This document shows, piece after piece, positions 43,941 through 57,926 of a DNA stretch of 64,000 nt. The position numbers were made by a program, and so were the translations under genes. Positions within the stretch are counted from its first letter, which is position 1; each line of letters begins with the position of its first letter. The DNA comes from the human T2T-CHM13v2.0 reference genome, Homo sapiens, in NCBI RefSeq assembly GCF_009914755.1, contig NC_060931.1, one strand, 5' to 3'. The notes beneath the pieces are model-generated. The model saw only the letters and a list, made by a program, of their open reading frames with translations, searched no databases and was not told the DNA's origin.

Positions 43941-46704
43941 TTATTATCATATACTCTATCAGGCACTCTATTAAGATTTAACTTCCGGGCAAATCAAGAA
44001 CTTGTTGCTAAGTACATTTGTGCTCAGAAAGTTTCCTTCGTTAAGAAAAAATGGCAAAAATTACTAAAGAAAAGGTGAGAAAATATCTACTATGCTGCAG
44101 TAAAGTTGTTCAACACTTCAAAGATCAATTTAAACAGTCACATCTTGTTACAGATCTCACCTCCATGAAATATCACCTTGACTTGTTAAATCACTGTTAC
44201 ATGAATTCCAATGGGCCTGATTTACCTTAAAATCTGCAATGATTCAACAAAGAAAGTGTGAGAACCAAATGGGATTATTTGAAGCATGAACTAAAACATT
44301 TTGATATCAATTGTAAAGATGGTCAAAATATTAATAGAATTTGAATTGTAGGAAAGGCAAAACAAATTTTAAAGAGAAAAAATTAAAATTAAAATGCAAC
44401 ATTGTTCATCTTGCTACCATAATATTTTAAAACATTATAAATATCAGAGCAGTGCTCACATATTTCCTGGTCTGTTAACTGATAGGCATTTTCTTATATA
44501 CAAAAAAAGTTAAGATCTTAACATAAAATGTAGGCAAGACATACATCTTCTGGACATAAAAAACATTTTAGCTAAGTGAAAAGTCTATCAAAATTTCACC
44601 TAGCTTCCTCCTGAGCTCTGAACATAAGTCTGCAACTTTCACAAAGACCTTTAAAACAGCTAACATTTCTGCAAACTTCATAAACAAATTTTAAAAATGT
44701 ATTAAACACATGAATAACAGAAATTTAACATGATGAAAATATAATAGGCAAAAAGATTTTTATGTTTAACACATCATTGCTAAAAAATGATGTGTTAAAT
44801 AATTCTAATCATAAAAATATGACTACCTGTCTTTTTTTTAGATCAATGATTTAGACTTTACTAATTTGGAATTAGAGAAGATTTGGGCTGAGTCAGGGTT
44901 TATGTTTTTATCATCCATTCAAAAAGGAAGTTTACTCAGTAAATTCATATGATGAAAACATTTTCAGGAAAAAAAATATTTAACCCATTCAAAAGAAACT
45001 ATTTTGTGAAATCTAAGAATGCCCATTTCCATATAAATAAATCTGAGCTTTGTGTAAAACTAATTATAAATCTTTTTTTCACTATTCACTAAAGCAGGTG
45101 TACAGAAATCTAACCAAAAATGTTCAAAATTTTAGGTGGTGTTTGAGCTATTATAGATATTTGAAAATAATAGAACTACAATTTAAAATATTTATAATAA
45201 AGACATTTTACTAATTCCAACTGATCTTTCCCCACCTTCCCTCCAGATTTAACATTGTTCTGTAGTTAAGGATGGGAATAGGTGAGAAGAGGCTAGTTAG
45301 AAAGTCAGAGTTGACAGCTTAAGAATTAATGAGTAATTTTTTTCATAAACCGGGCATGAAACTGTTACATGCAATTGGGCAGAGAGATTATATTTACATT
45401 CGCCTACAATCGTTTTTCTTATTCCTAAGAAAAATTTAAATATGATAAGATAGGTCATTTTCTCCATTTGGTTTGCTCCAAGGAGGTTGTTGATTTCTGG
45501 CAAATAGATCTTAACTATTATTATTTCATTAGATAGTAATTTCTAAAAATTGAGAATTATTTTTCCTCTTCAAACCAACTACATCTTGCACAATGCTCTG
45601 GATATTGTAGGAGTCCCACAGAAGTTCATCAAATTCAATTGAAAGACTGAAATTATTCAGTAATCTTAGATTCTTCAATACCAAAGCATTAAGATAAAAT
45701 CAGACAAGAGCACTGAATTCTGAACTAATTCAATAAAAGTCATCAATTATGAAGCACTTTCACTAACACATGGCTACATATGGGCACCTAATTTAAAAAT
45801 GGCTTAGTTATTAAAGGACAAAAATAACATGAATGTCACAGAATTTTCAAAGGAGCTTTATAATATGTGTAACTTGCTAGAATTGGGGTTATCAAATTTA
45901 ATATGAACAGCTCTCATCAAATTTGAACTTAATGAATGCAGTTGTGAAACAGGCAAATCCAATACACTGCGAATAGTCTAACTCTTAATTCATTCCACAG
46001 ATATGATTTACCCCTAATAGCCAGAAGCATCACTTCTAATAGCTCACGTTATGGCAGAATGGATTATGTTGTATTCATTCTACCTCCTGGAAGGAAGCTA
46101 GTATCCATAATAGTACCATTCAACTGTGTGTTATAAAGCACAAGCCAGCAGAACTTTTATAACATAAAATGTGAAGATATTTAAAACATAAATTTAGTAG
46201 GTTGTGACAGATCAGAGACTTCTCTCTTTCCACTGAAGGGATATATTTTTTTATTCAGATCTTTCAAATCCTGGTACCGAAGCTCAGCTACAAACTTACC
46301 CAGCACTGGAAAAACATGTCAGCATCTGTGCTGTACTTTGAGACTCAACTCACTATTTCTATAAACATGTATGTACACAGGCAATAGACGTCTCTACAAA
46401 GAGTAAATTTATTGTTCACTTAACAAGGAGGATGTGTCAGCATTTGAGGATGTTTTGGACACTTACACTTCTTTTTCTGAGAGGAATGTGTACCAAGCAG
46501 AAGGGCTCCAGATTGCTAAGAGCTCAAGCTCTCTTTTTAAATATTCCACTCCTGAGAAAATTCCCCATCAGATATAGGCAATTTCTAAAAGACTTTCAAT
46601 CTAAGGATATTTACATATATTTCTGAAAAAAAAGAATAATTGCATATTAGCTTGAAAGAATGTATATAAGAATTAAATCACAGGATAAAAGTCACATTGT
46701 CCTG

Positions 46705-46990
46705 CAAAGGGCATAGGTTTTACGGTCATTCAGACCTCCAAGTTCAAATCTGAATTCTGTTAAAAACCAGCTATGTGATCTTGGATGACTTAATCTATGT
46801 AAGCCTTGATTATCTCATCTATAAAATGAAGATAAAAGCAGGACTGTTCTAGGAGTTGGAGTTTATACACATACACATGCATAAACATACACATACACAC
46901 ACACACACACACATTCCATATAGTCAGGTCATTAGCACAATGCCAGAGAGTAGGCACTTTGCAAACTGGAGCAATAAATGCCTAGTAATG
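46705..46990 (+). mobile_element. MIR with embedded (CA)-rich tract
   Basis: GTTCAAATCTG...AGCTATGTGATCTTGG...TCTCATCTATAAAATG; CA-rich tract at ~46866-46913. Confidence 0.65.
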
Positions 46991-48554
46991 TGGATACCTC
47001 TAAGTTGTATAGGCACTATCTGCTCATGTTCTCACCACCTCACTACATTATGGGCCATTACAGACAGGAACTATGTCATATCCAATTCTGTAATCCCAAG
47101 ATCTAACACAACACATAGCATATAATAGAAACTAATAAACTGCTACTTATATTTGGTAATTGCAGTTGGCTCCTCCTGTATGTGAATAGATTTTATCAAG
47201 TAAATCAAACATAAAATGAAGAGTGTTCATTCTTAACCTATTAAATTTTCTCCTTCTTTAAACTTACGTAGGTTACTTGGCTATGATAATGAGCTGTTGT
47301 TTTTCTACTTAAAATTTAAAATTCTTCCATTGTTTTGCCATCTTTGGGTTTGTCTGGGTCCCTTTCCAAAATTTAATTTGCTTTGCTATTAAAAAAAAAT
47401 AAAAACAGAACTATGAATCCTGAATACTAGGTGAATTTCTTGTTTGATTCAAAATGCAATAATATTTCTGGGTAAAAAGTTAAATAACAGTTTTGCCTAG
47501 AGGCAATCTTCTTCATTTACTGTCCTTTGTGAAAAAGTAAAGAAATTAAAATATTTTTTACCTGACTCTAAACCCATAGGAAAGTTTCAATTTAGAGTTT
47601 GTACTAATTGCTTAAGCTCCTTTCCTTTTAAAAATGAGATTCTAATTTTTTAACAACTTGTCAAGATTACAGCAGCCTGTTTGCCACAAATCAGATATTT
47701 ACTTTCTCCCTCTCTCTTCTCTAAACTGGTTCTCCAATCCCAATCAAAAGTATACAAGCAGCACCTGCAATTCCCTCTTCACAAAGAATGTTGAAAACAG
47801 ATAGCACAAGAGAGGTTCCACAGCCCTTAACGGTTCAGTGCAGAGCTGCAAAGCCCTTGCTTCAATCTACCTCTTCCAAACAAGAAAATCATGTAATCGA
47901 ATCCTCCTCCCCACCCATTGCATTCTTTTAAAATTTTTTTTTGTTAATTTCATATAATTGGGCCAGTATACCCAGAGGCTCGAATATTCCCTATACACAT
48001 CATCTCTTAGATAATCAAATCAGTTAGAATCTGCAGAACCTTTCCATTCCCCACACAGGGTCCAGAAACCTGTATTTTCATAAGCACTCCAAATGATCCT
48101 CATACAAGAAATACTGCTCCAGCCCTTCACTTGGAGAATATGCAGCCTAGGCAGGCAGATTTTCTTCATGGCTTCTCATTTGGGTAAACAAGCTGAGGGT
48201 TCCTGTCATCTGAGTGATCCCAGGGCCAGGATCTGAATGACTTGAGGTTTAATGGGATCACAACATTTCCATTTCATTATAACTAGTATTTGGGTTAATA
48301 AAGCATTTGTCTCCTGGAATTTGACCTGCATCACTATAAATTTTAAAAATTGTAACACACACATACACACATATGCCAAGGCAACTTAAGGAAAAACCCA
48401 AAGAAAAGAGATAAAACAACTCTCTTTAGTGACGAAAAGCACTGAAGAGTACCCAAAAGCACAACCTACCTGAAATCCAACTTTCAGCTCACCCTCTCTA
48501 TCTTAAACAAGACGAAAATCAGAACAAAGAAAACAGAGTCCAATGCAATTAACA

Positions 48555-48800
48555 ACAACAGTGATAATAACAAAAACATTTTTTCTGTCCTTACTAACAC
48601 TGGCACTCTGTCAAATGAGCCACATATATTATTTAATCCTCACAACAATATTCCTCATTTCACAGATAAGAAACCATAAGCAGACAGATATATGCGACAT
48701 GCCCAAGGTCTTCTATAATAATAAGTGGCAGAGGTGGAACTCCAACTTAAGTGTGTCTGACCTCTGAGCCCACAAATTCTAACTACTTTGTCGTGCTGAC
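48555..48800 (-). mobile_element. MIR
   Basis: ATTTAATCCTCACAACA...CATTTCACAGATAAGAAAC...TGCCCAAGGTC...AAGTGGCAGAG. Confidence 0.75.
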
Positions 48801-49840
48801 TTCCAGCCCATCAGCTTAGATTGGGTGGACAGTGGAAAGAACAATGTGTTCTCATAGTTTCATGACTGTAAGTTATCCAGAAACTTCTCCCATGAACCAA
48901 GACACTGCACTTTGTACATTAAGTGTGACAGTATCTGGAACACCTCACATACCTATTGAGGGCCTCATGTTCTTCTTACCACAGAAAAGAGATAACAAAA
49001 TGTAACCTGAGCACATCCAACCTTGAGGCAAACTATGACAGTCACAGTACCTCATAGTAGTCACATTAGTGTGGTACCATCTTGAAAAATGGAGCCATGA
49101 AAGCAAAAATCTCAGAAAGAAAAGAGCAGTGAGCAAACTGCCTCATAATCAAGTCTAAGTAGATCTATTATTTAAAAAGTAACTGGCATATATTCTTCAA
49201 GCAATATTCACTTACCCCAGAGCAAAGACTTTAAGTTTCAGCTTTGGAATCAGTTGCTTTTTTTAAAGTCATCAAACCTCCTCAAGATAATCATCAATCT
49301 CTCATCAGCACCCTCCACTGCAAGTACATCATTACGATTGTTTTCCTTTATCTGCACTAAATCTCTGTAGCTCATGGAAAGCCTGTGTTAGAGTAGACCA
49401 AGACTGGGCAGTAGGCAGAAATTCATGGAAAAAAAGAAATACACAAGTCCTTAACTTTAAGCTCTTTCTATCGGAAGTTATACAGAGTGAAAAAGAGTAG
49501 CTGGAAAGGCCATGTGATCCCTAGTAAACATAGTAAACATTACACAGAATCCCATGGAAGCTAGGTCACAACTGGCGACAATGTGCCACTCATGCTAGAA
49601 GCACAGGTTCCCTCACAGGCCCATGGATCAATGTTTTCCAGGGCAGCCCCACTATGCTTGCTGGCTGGGTTGCTCTGCATCTCCAGGGCAGCATATGCCT
49701 AGGCTATTTACTCTCTAGTCAAGTCATGTTTTGCCAACAACAAAGTCAAAACTAATTTATGTGCACCCAGAAATATATTGCATTGCTCATATAAATTCAA
49801 TATTCAATCAAGACTATGGAGTGGTAATCTTAATCTATTT

Positions 49841-50064
49841 CAGCTTTTCTCAATCTCAGCACTATTGACATCTTAGACTGGTTAATTCTTTGATGTGAAG
49901 GGCCATCCTGTGCATTTTAAGAGGTTTAGTGGCATCCCTGGTCTCTATTCATTAGACAGTAGCAAACCCTGTCCCCAATCCCACACTTGTGACAACCAAA
50001 AAATGTCTCCAGACATTGCCAAATGTCCCTGAGACAGCAAATCTCTTCCAGTTGAGAAACACTG
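49841..50064 (+). mobile_element. MER20 (hAT-Charlie)
   Basis: GTGACAACCAAAAAATGTCTCCAGACATTGCCAAATGTCCC; CAG...CTG termini; 8-bp TSD ATCTATTT/TTCTATTT. Confidence 0.9.
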
Positions 50065-51646
50065 TTCTATTTTCTCAATTGTCCCCTATCAATGGTCTTG
50101 AAAGGCAAATATAATATTTCTACACTACAATGTAACTATTTAAAAGATATTTCACACCCCAGGTTACTATCAGCCTCAGTGATTCTGACTTATTCTGTCT
50201 AACTTCAAGTGCTCTGCCCTTCTCATTCTGGTGCTGTTACCTGTACTTCAAATGCCCTTGGGTGGAGTATGAGGGGCCCACTTCCAGGGCCCTGACTGAT
50301 TTCCATCTCTCCATTTCCTTTTCTGAACACCTGGGGCCCTTGAACGCCACCCAGCTTTAGGGTCACCTCCAATTTTGTCTCTCAAGAACTGATCTTGATT
50401 TGGCAAGGAGGAATACGATCCTCATATTCTGGTAGTCAGTGTCAAGTTACTCCTGCTGTTTGTCATTAAACCCATCCTTGTGACTCACTTTTGAAAGCCA
50501 GGCATGTGCCTTGAGCTGCAGACAAAGTCTCCATTTATCACTCCATGTTGATAATGTAAGTTGTGTTTTTTTCCCTACACTTTCATCATTGGTCTCATGC
50601 TGTATGATCCTCTAGGATTAGGACCCTGAATTATTCTTACCAGTCCCAACTCAGAATTTGTGACTGTCTGCATGCTGACAGCAATGTTAACTCAATGTTA
50701 TTTTGTCTGGCCCTTGGAATTCCAAATATTACCTTCTTTGGAGGTGACCATCACTGAGCTTCCACAATCTGTCAACCCTTGCTCATTAGACCTTGCTGCA
50801 CCTATATGGTGCCAATGGCCATATTAGGCCACTACCAGCTGCCTTCTCACCAACCCTGCGGCTCTCATCCTTAGCCTGCTGGTCTCTTTCTTTAAACCTA
50901 ACCCCTCCCTAGTGCCCATCCCACCCACACAACTGAGGGGTTTCCAGGTCCAGATCTTGGCTCATGACATTCTAGATACCCTGGCGAAGCTATGGCACTC
51001 AGACCTGAGTAGATGCTAGAATTCATGTTCAATTAATTCTTCTAGATAGTTTACCTTAATTTTACTCAAGACTTAAGCCAGAATATTGCTTTATCTAGTC
51101 AGATAATCCAAAAAATTGTTGAGGATTAGAAAATGTACAGAAACAGGATCCCCAGTCCTACTTCACAATGAACCTAACATTTGAATACATTATCCTTTTT
51201 ACTCTCACATATTTTCTCAGGAAATGAAAGACTTTCACAGTTGTCACACCTATCAAAACACTTAATTGCATCAATTTCTCTACCTCATCTCCTTCCTTCT
51301 TCATAGCTACAGTGAGCATAAAATTTAGGTACAGATACCTCAAAAATAAAAATAAAAAGAATGTAAAAGTGTTAAAATCCATTAATAATTTAATTTCAGC
51401 ATCTGTATGGAGAAGAAATATGCTCATTGTGGAGAGAACTTTATAACAGGTTACTGTTTGCAATCCTCTGCCTTTATGGAGATCTACATCCAAACCAGCT
51501 CAGGCACAGACCAAGACTAGACTATGGCAATACCCAATAATTAACCATTAGCCTGGGGCTTCACAAAAATAGGACCCACTGGAGTGCAGCAAATGCTTTC
51601 AGAGCTTCCCAGAAGCTGGTCAAGAACTCTTAATACTAGTTGACTT

Positions 51647-51952
<306 letters not shown>

Positions 51953-52311
51953 ATACTAATTGACTTATTTTACTAGCATGCAGTTGGTTATGGTAATATG
52001 AGTGCACAAGCTAGTGCATGGACTGGGGAAATACACAAGCTAAATGAGGCACTGTGACAGCAAGAAAGAGAAGTCCCAACGACACAAGCCAGTTTACACA
52101 CAAAGCCAATTTCTCCCAGTGACAAGTAGTGCTTTTCAAATTGCAGATCATAACCCTGAGTATTGCAAAGAATGACCTATTAAGGTTCTCTCCCTCAATA
52201 AATGTACTCAAATTAATTCAGAAATTTTTTTCTTTTTATGAATATTTGAGAATGCACTGTAAGCAAATAGTAAGCATAAGAATGTTTGATGAAATATTTT
52301 TCCAGATAAAT

Positions 52312-52435
52312 TGATAGATATATGATAGATGATTAATAGGCTTGATAGATGCATGGATAGATGGATGGATGGATTGGATGGATGGATGGGATGGATGGAC
52401 GGACAGATGGACGGATGGACAGCGAGACAGATTGA
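52312..52435. repeat. (GATA)/(GGAT)/(GGAC) tetranucleotide tract at the tail of an antisense L2 (L2 continues to ~52545)
   Basis: Direct reading; followed by ATTCAACAACTATTTATTGAGCATTTACCATGTGCCAAG. Confidence 0.85.
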
Positions 52436-53149
52436 TTCAACAACTATTTATTGAGCATTTACCATGTGCCAAGTACTTCTCTAGACACTTGGATACATTA
52501 GCGACAACAGATAAAAATCCCTGCATTTATGATGTTTAGTAGAACAGACAGCAGAGAAAAATATATTTATTAGTGTAAGTCATGATTTAAAAAAAATAAA
52601 TAACCATTTGAAAGCCACTGTTGAGAGTAAGGAGATGCCCCATGCATCTTTCCACCACTCCAAGGAGAGAACCAACCAATAATCATCCTTCCACAGTGGA
52701 AAACCCTAGAGGGGTGAAGTGAAAGGGACAGTCCAAGTCATTCCCCTTCTCCCTTTCAAGCTGGTCTTTAAGATTAAGCATGGCTTCCTGAAGCCAAGCT
52801 CTCTTTGCTCTGTTTTGCATCTTCCCCTTTAATTTTGCCTTTTTCCTACAGTTCTAATAGGTAAGCCTGTTGGAAGGGAAGGAAAACAGCAAACGAATGA
52901 GCTCTTGGTGGATATTTCCTAGTAGTGTAACAGATGGAGAGGATTCATTTTATCCTTAATAAATAGTCACTTCCAATAATGGGCAAACCATTGAAATTGT
53001 GATAGCCTATTGTCTTAAGCCAGTTAAACTACACATCTACCTCTGTTGTTACTAAATCTCTTCAGAGATATCCTAATAAGTATTAACTAATATCCAGTGT
53101 GATACCTCTCAAAATAACTTGCTTATTTAATTTGTAGCAGCTGTAGCTC

Positions 53150-53370
53150 ACATTTAGGGGTGTCTAGTATAAGCATAAGCCCATCATTGCAGGCTATGTG
53201 CTTTACCTTTAATCTTCATGACGACCCTGTGAGGGAGAAATCATTATCTGCATTTTGTAAAAGAAGATACTAAAGCTTACAGAGGTTAAAAAATTTGCCC
53301 ATGATCATTTGGCTAAGTGGCAGAGCTAAAATTTTAACAAAGGCCATGTAGCTCCACAAAATTACTGATG
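53150..53370 (-). mobile_element. MIR
   Basis: TTTAATCTTCATGACGACCCTGTGAGG...AGAGGTTAAAAAATTTGCCCA...TAAGTGGCAGAGC. Confidence 0.7.
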
Positions 53371-53644
53371 GTATCCACATTAAGGGCAAAGGCTTATTAT
53401 ATATGGAAAAAAATTAAAAATTATTCTCAGAAAACTTATTTTACAGGCCTATGCTTCCCCTTGTTTGCTTTTAATCATTCTTTAATATTTAATGGTCATT
53501 AAAACACTATAAACCATTAAGTTTAGAACTGAAGAGTTAACACAAGCACTTTTTCTTCTCTTTGCTGCAATAGGTATAAATGTGTGAGTGCTAAAAATAT
53601 TTTGATATCTCTTGCACAAAACCTTTTCAATACCCATAAGTAGA

Positions 53645-53865
53645 GTAGGAGAATAAGAGGACAGATTCTGTCCAGAATATTTCGCCTCAACTCCCAGCCT
53701 CACTGCTTATTTGCTATGTGGCCTTGAGAAGTCTGTGCCTCATTTCCTCATCTGCAAAATGGGAATAATGATAGCAGATACAGGATTGTTTTGAGGATTA
53801 AAAGGCATATACTTGGAACAGTGTGGGCACTAAATAAAACTACATATTTGTTATGCTTATTATTA
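53645..53865 (+). mobile_element. MIR
   Basis: GCTATGTGGCCTTGAG...TTTCCTCATCTGCAAAATGGGAATAAT. Confidence 0.7.
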
Positions 53866-55489
53866 CTTCTTAAGCAGCACTGGCTCATCTCATTCCACTA
53901 GACATTAAAGTCATAAAGTTTATCAAGAAGAAAAAGAAAAGAATAAGTTCTTTAAACTTGAAGCTCAGTAGGAGCAAAGAGCTATGTCTATTCCATCATC
54001 TGTCTTTTCAATCCCCCACGACTTGTGTTGCTGGTAGGGCACACTGGATGCTATTGCTAACCAGTGCTGTTTTGGGAAAGCACTACCCTTCATAAATTAT
54101 TTGAAAAGGAACCATTTTGCTTTTATACTGATCTATGAGATATCATTGCTTTTCAAAACACAATCAGCATATGTTTATTTACTAAAAAGAGGTCAATGCC
54201 ACAGGTTTGCATGAAAAAGAAAAATCATGACCATTGTTAAAAGAAAATCCAAACCAATTTTTCAGCATAGTTCTATATGTTGTTTTAAACAACTATTTCA
54301 AATGTTGCTCAAATGAAAAGGTCAAGTATACATCAATATAAAAGAATATAAAGGTTTTCATTATCTTTTAGTCTGTTCTCACTGTCAGTGAGGCAAGAAC
54401 ATGTTTAAAGTGCATCTCCCCATAATCAATTTCTTTACTTAGAAATGTCATTCTGGGTGGACATTTTACAGCTGATTAATTTCTGTCCTTCTTTCTCATA
54501 TGCAAATACAAGACTAAAATGCACTCTCTGGTAGATTTCCTTTCTGCGGTTAAAGTGCTAATTTCCTACAGATCGGTTATCTACACAGTTCTAGCAGAAA
54601 AAAATGATCTTTCAAACTATGCTCTTATGTTTCTTTAATATATGCATCTTTTCCCCAAAATATTTGCATTAAGTCGACAAACATTTGAACATAAAAGGTA
54701 GAAGACATTGTCATGGCTTTTGTCAAAAAGTCAACATATTAAGTATTGTGCACACACAAATGTACTCAATTAACATTTTAATTAAGGATAACAAATAGTA
54801 ATTAAACAGATGACATTTTAATTAATTTCTCAACTGTAAACAGCCTGATGAAAATTGTTAAATCTGATTCTAGTTAAATATCTCTTCTTGCAAACATGGT
54901 AAGCCCAAACTAATCACGATCAGAAACATTTCCCTTTTATGTACTTACATAGTCATAATGTCATTCGCAAATAAGTTTTTCAAGTTCCTCAGAGTTATGA
55001 ACCACATTCTCTTTATTATGTAGGAAGCAAGTGATAGCATAATTGTATAATAATTGTTTCAAGGAACTTCTATATGTCTTGTGAAAAAGCACAGTATACT
55101 AAAGTATTTAATGTCTTTCTACAATTAAAGATTCATGCTTCGCTGTTAAATCCAAATTAACAATTTTGTCAAGCTTAGCAACCCAATTCCATAACATCAA
55201 CTTTTCATATTACTGAACATCTGTAATACCTGTCTCTGATTTTGTAATACACTAGGGGTAGCTAATTGTGTCAAATGGCATTATTAATTTCTCAAAGCAA
55301 AATTAGATATAATTCATTTATTTTTGAAAATAAATATGGGCCATTCAACACTTTGAAGCAGAGTGGCATAATAATGCTGAAAATGATGCCCAGGATATTT
55401 AGTCAGTGAATTAACAAGAAAACGGAACAAACCCTGCTCTGAGGATTACTGGATTTAGCAAAACAGAACAAAAACACAAATAAGTTTGT

Positions 55490-55591
55490 CTTTTGTTTTC
55501 TATATTGCATGCAACATACTTACAATAAAAGATTATTCACTGTTTATCTGAAATTCAAGTTTAATTGGCATCATTTTATCTGGCAACCCTA
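55490..55591. mobile_element. MER53-like hAT fragment
   Basis: TATTCACTGTTTATCTGAAATTCAAGTTTAA...TATCTGGCAACCCTA terminus. Confidence 0.7.
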
Positions 55592-57639
55592 CTTTTAAAA
55601 AAGCAGTATCTGTAAGATAAATTCACCTTGAGAAACACTTTTTTTGGTCTCTGGTGCAAAGTGGGCTATGGCAAAATGGGAGCAATCTGGTGGTAGAGGA
55701 TGCTCTGGGCCTCTCTGGGGCCCTGAGAGGATACTAAGATGAGCCACAGCCAGTATTGAGACAGCATGTCCAGGAGACAAATACTCTGTGTATTTAGTAA
55801 GTCAGATTTGAAGTTTAAAAAGTTACTGATCTATTTTTTAATCTACTCTGCTTTGTTTTTTAAGTGTAATATAGATAGGTCTCATAGGGTAGCCAGCCTC
55901 TCTGTTATATTTTCCCCTTCAGAATCATTCAGAAAAGGCATGCAGACCCTAAGGAAATACAGCCTACATCAGGGGCACTCTGTCGCTGAAGAGAGTGTAG
56001 GAGATACTTGTGGCATTCTATGGTCCCTTGCATGGCAATTTCTGAAAACTGTGGTTCCCAGAGCTATGGCTTGAAGAGACTCACAACTGCTCTCCACGGC
56101 AAAAGTGAGCCTCAGAAAAAACAGTGTGGGGGTCTCATGGCTCCAGGAGATAGAGGAACAGGGAAACAAGGGAAACCCAGGGACAAACCCAGGAAAACTC
56201 AGAGACAACAAATTCCAAGTTTTGGACATGTAAGTGTTTTTTCCCAACTGAGAATTCTGAAGAATATGAGAACCAGGACATATGGTCTTGAAATTCCTGT
56301 TTTAATCTGCAAGATCAAAACAGAATATTTTAGTTCAGTTATCCAGATATTTCACAAAAGATGAGTATCAGCTCTAGTAGGACACAGCTAAGGCTACTAA
56401 TCCCCTCCCCTTCACAAACATCCCTCTGTTTACCTCCACTTACTCAAAAATCTCATTAAAATTTGGTAGTCATTCATCTTACAGTAACTCTGTACACCAC
56501 CTCACCTCTGCAGTCCCATACCTCTTGAGAGGATCTTCCATGACCTAAAAGATGACCCCTGTCACCTCTTCAACTCAAAGAAAGGATCTCCAACTTAAAA
56601 AGGGGGTTGCTTAGGGAAATAAAAGGGGAACAGAAACTAATCACCTAAAACCACTGTCTACTCACAGCGTAGGAAGCTCTTTGGTAGGCATTAGGAAAGC
56701 ATCTCTCCGTAAGTTAGATGGTATATTTGTGTGTGCTATTATTGCTGTTGCTATTTAACTGCAAATATGCAATTATCACACCTTTAGCATGAGGTTCAGT
56801 AGACATAGAGGCACTAGATTCAACAATATTGAATTTACAAAAGAATGGTCCAATGAATGAAAGTTGGGCAGCCACAGGAAGCCTCAGAGAGCTAATCAAT
56901 GTTTCCCAAGAAGTCTGAACCCCACCACCAAACCAAGCAAAGCTGAAAGTAAACATGTTCCGGCCAAAGTACAGAAAGTAAAAATGCTTCCTACTGCTGT
57001 GGATGAGGGTCCTCTGACAGGCCCCACTGATAGAGAGTGGGAAGCTCAAGTTTACCTTAAAGGACCTTGTTTCCTAATACATATTGTTAAACCCTTTCGT
57101 AATGCTCTCTGCAAGCTTGGCTGGGTACTTCTCTGCTAACTACTAATAAGCTGCAGTTTTCTCTTGGTCTCTGCTTTGGGCAAATTCCCTCCTATCCCCC
57201 CACTCACCTTGCTTCAGCTGTCCCTAAGGCTTAATTCCACCTTCTGCCCTGTACAAGTATACTAACTTAGTATATTTCTAATATCCTCTAATCCACATTT
57301 GCCATATCTTTCAAGCTGGGTTCAAAACACCTCTTTTTAGAAGCTTTTCAGAATTAACCAATGTAACTAATGCAACCCAATTTTGCTGTTTTCTCCTTTC
57401 ATCTATAATGCCTGAATCCTTTTACACTTATATGTCAAGACTTTACCATGTTTTTTATGTTGTTTACCCAGAGAAAGAATATTAGAGCTTTGTAAAATTA
57501 TTGATGCCTCAAATGCAGCTTTAAAATGAGTTAAATAAATAAAAATTAGTATAGAAGAGCACGGTAAGCTTTGTTGTTTGAAAAGATAACCTATCTACTA
57601 TTGCCCATCTTCGAACTCAACTCTTCAACACATTAATGT

Positions 57640-57795
57640 GGCCCATCCCCTTGCCATTGAACCAGCATCATCTGGAAACTTGTTGAAGATACAGAGTCTC
57701 AGGTCCCACCTTAGACCCACTGAATCAGATTCTGTATTTTAACAAGATGCCTCCAGTGATTTGTAGACATGATAAAGTTTGAGAAGCCTTGACCT
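57640..57795 (+). mobile_element. MER5A
   Basis: CAGCATCATCTGGAAACTTGTT...CTCAGGTCCCACCTTAGACCCACTGAATCAGA...AAAGTTTGAGAAGC. Confidence 0.8.
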
Positions 57796-57926
57796 TCCCC
57801 ATACTAGGCATGAAATATTCTACAAGGAATATCTCTTAAATGGGTGCAACAGAGTCGATTCAGGTATCTCTACTTCTGCCCAATCCAATCCACCAATTAG
57901 AAAGCAACTTTTCCACTAAAGAAGTT

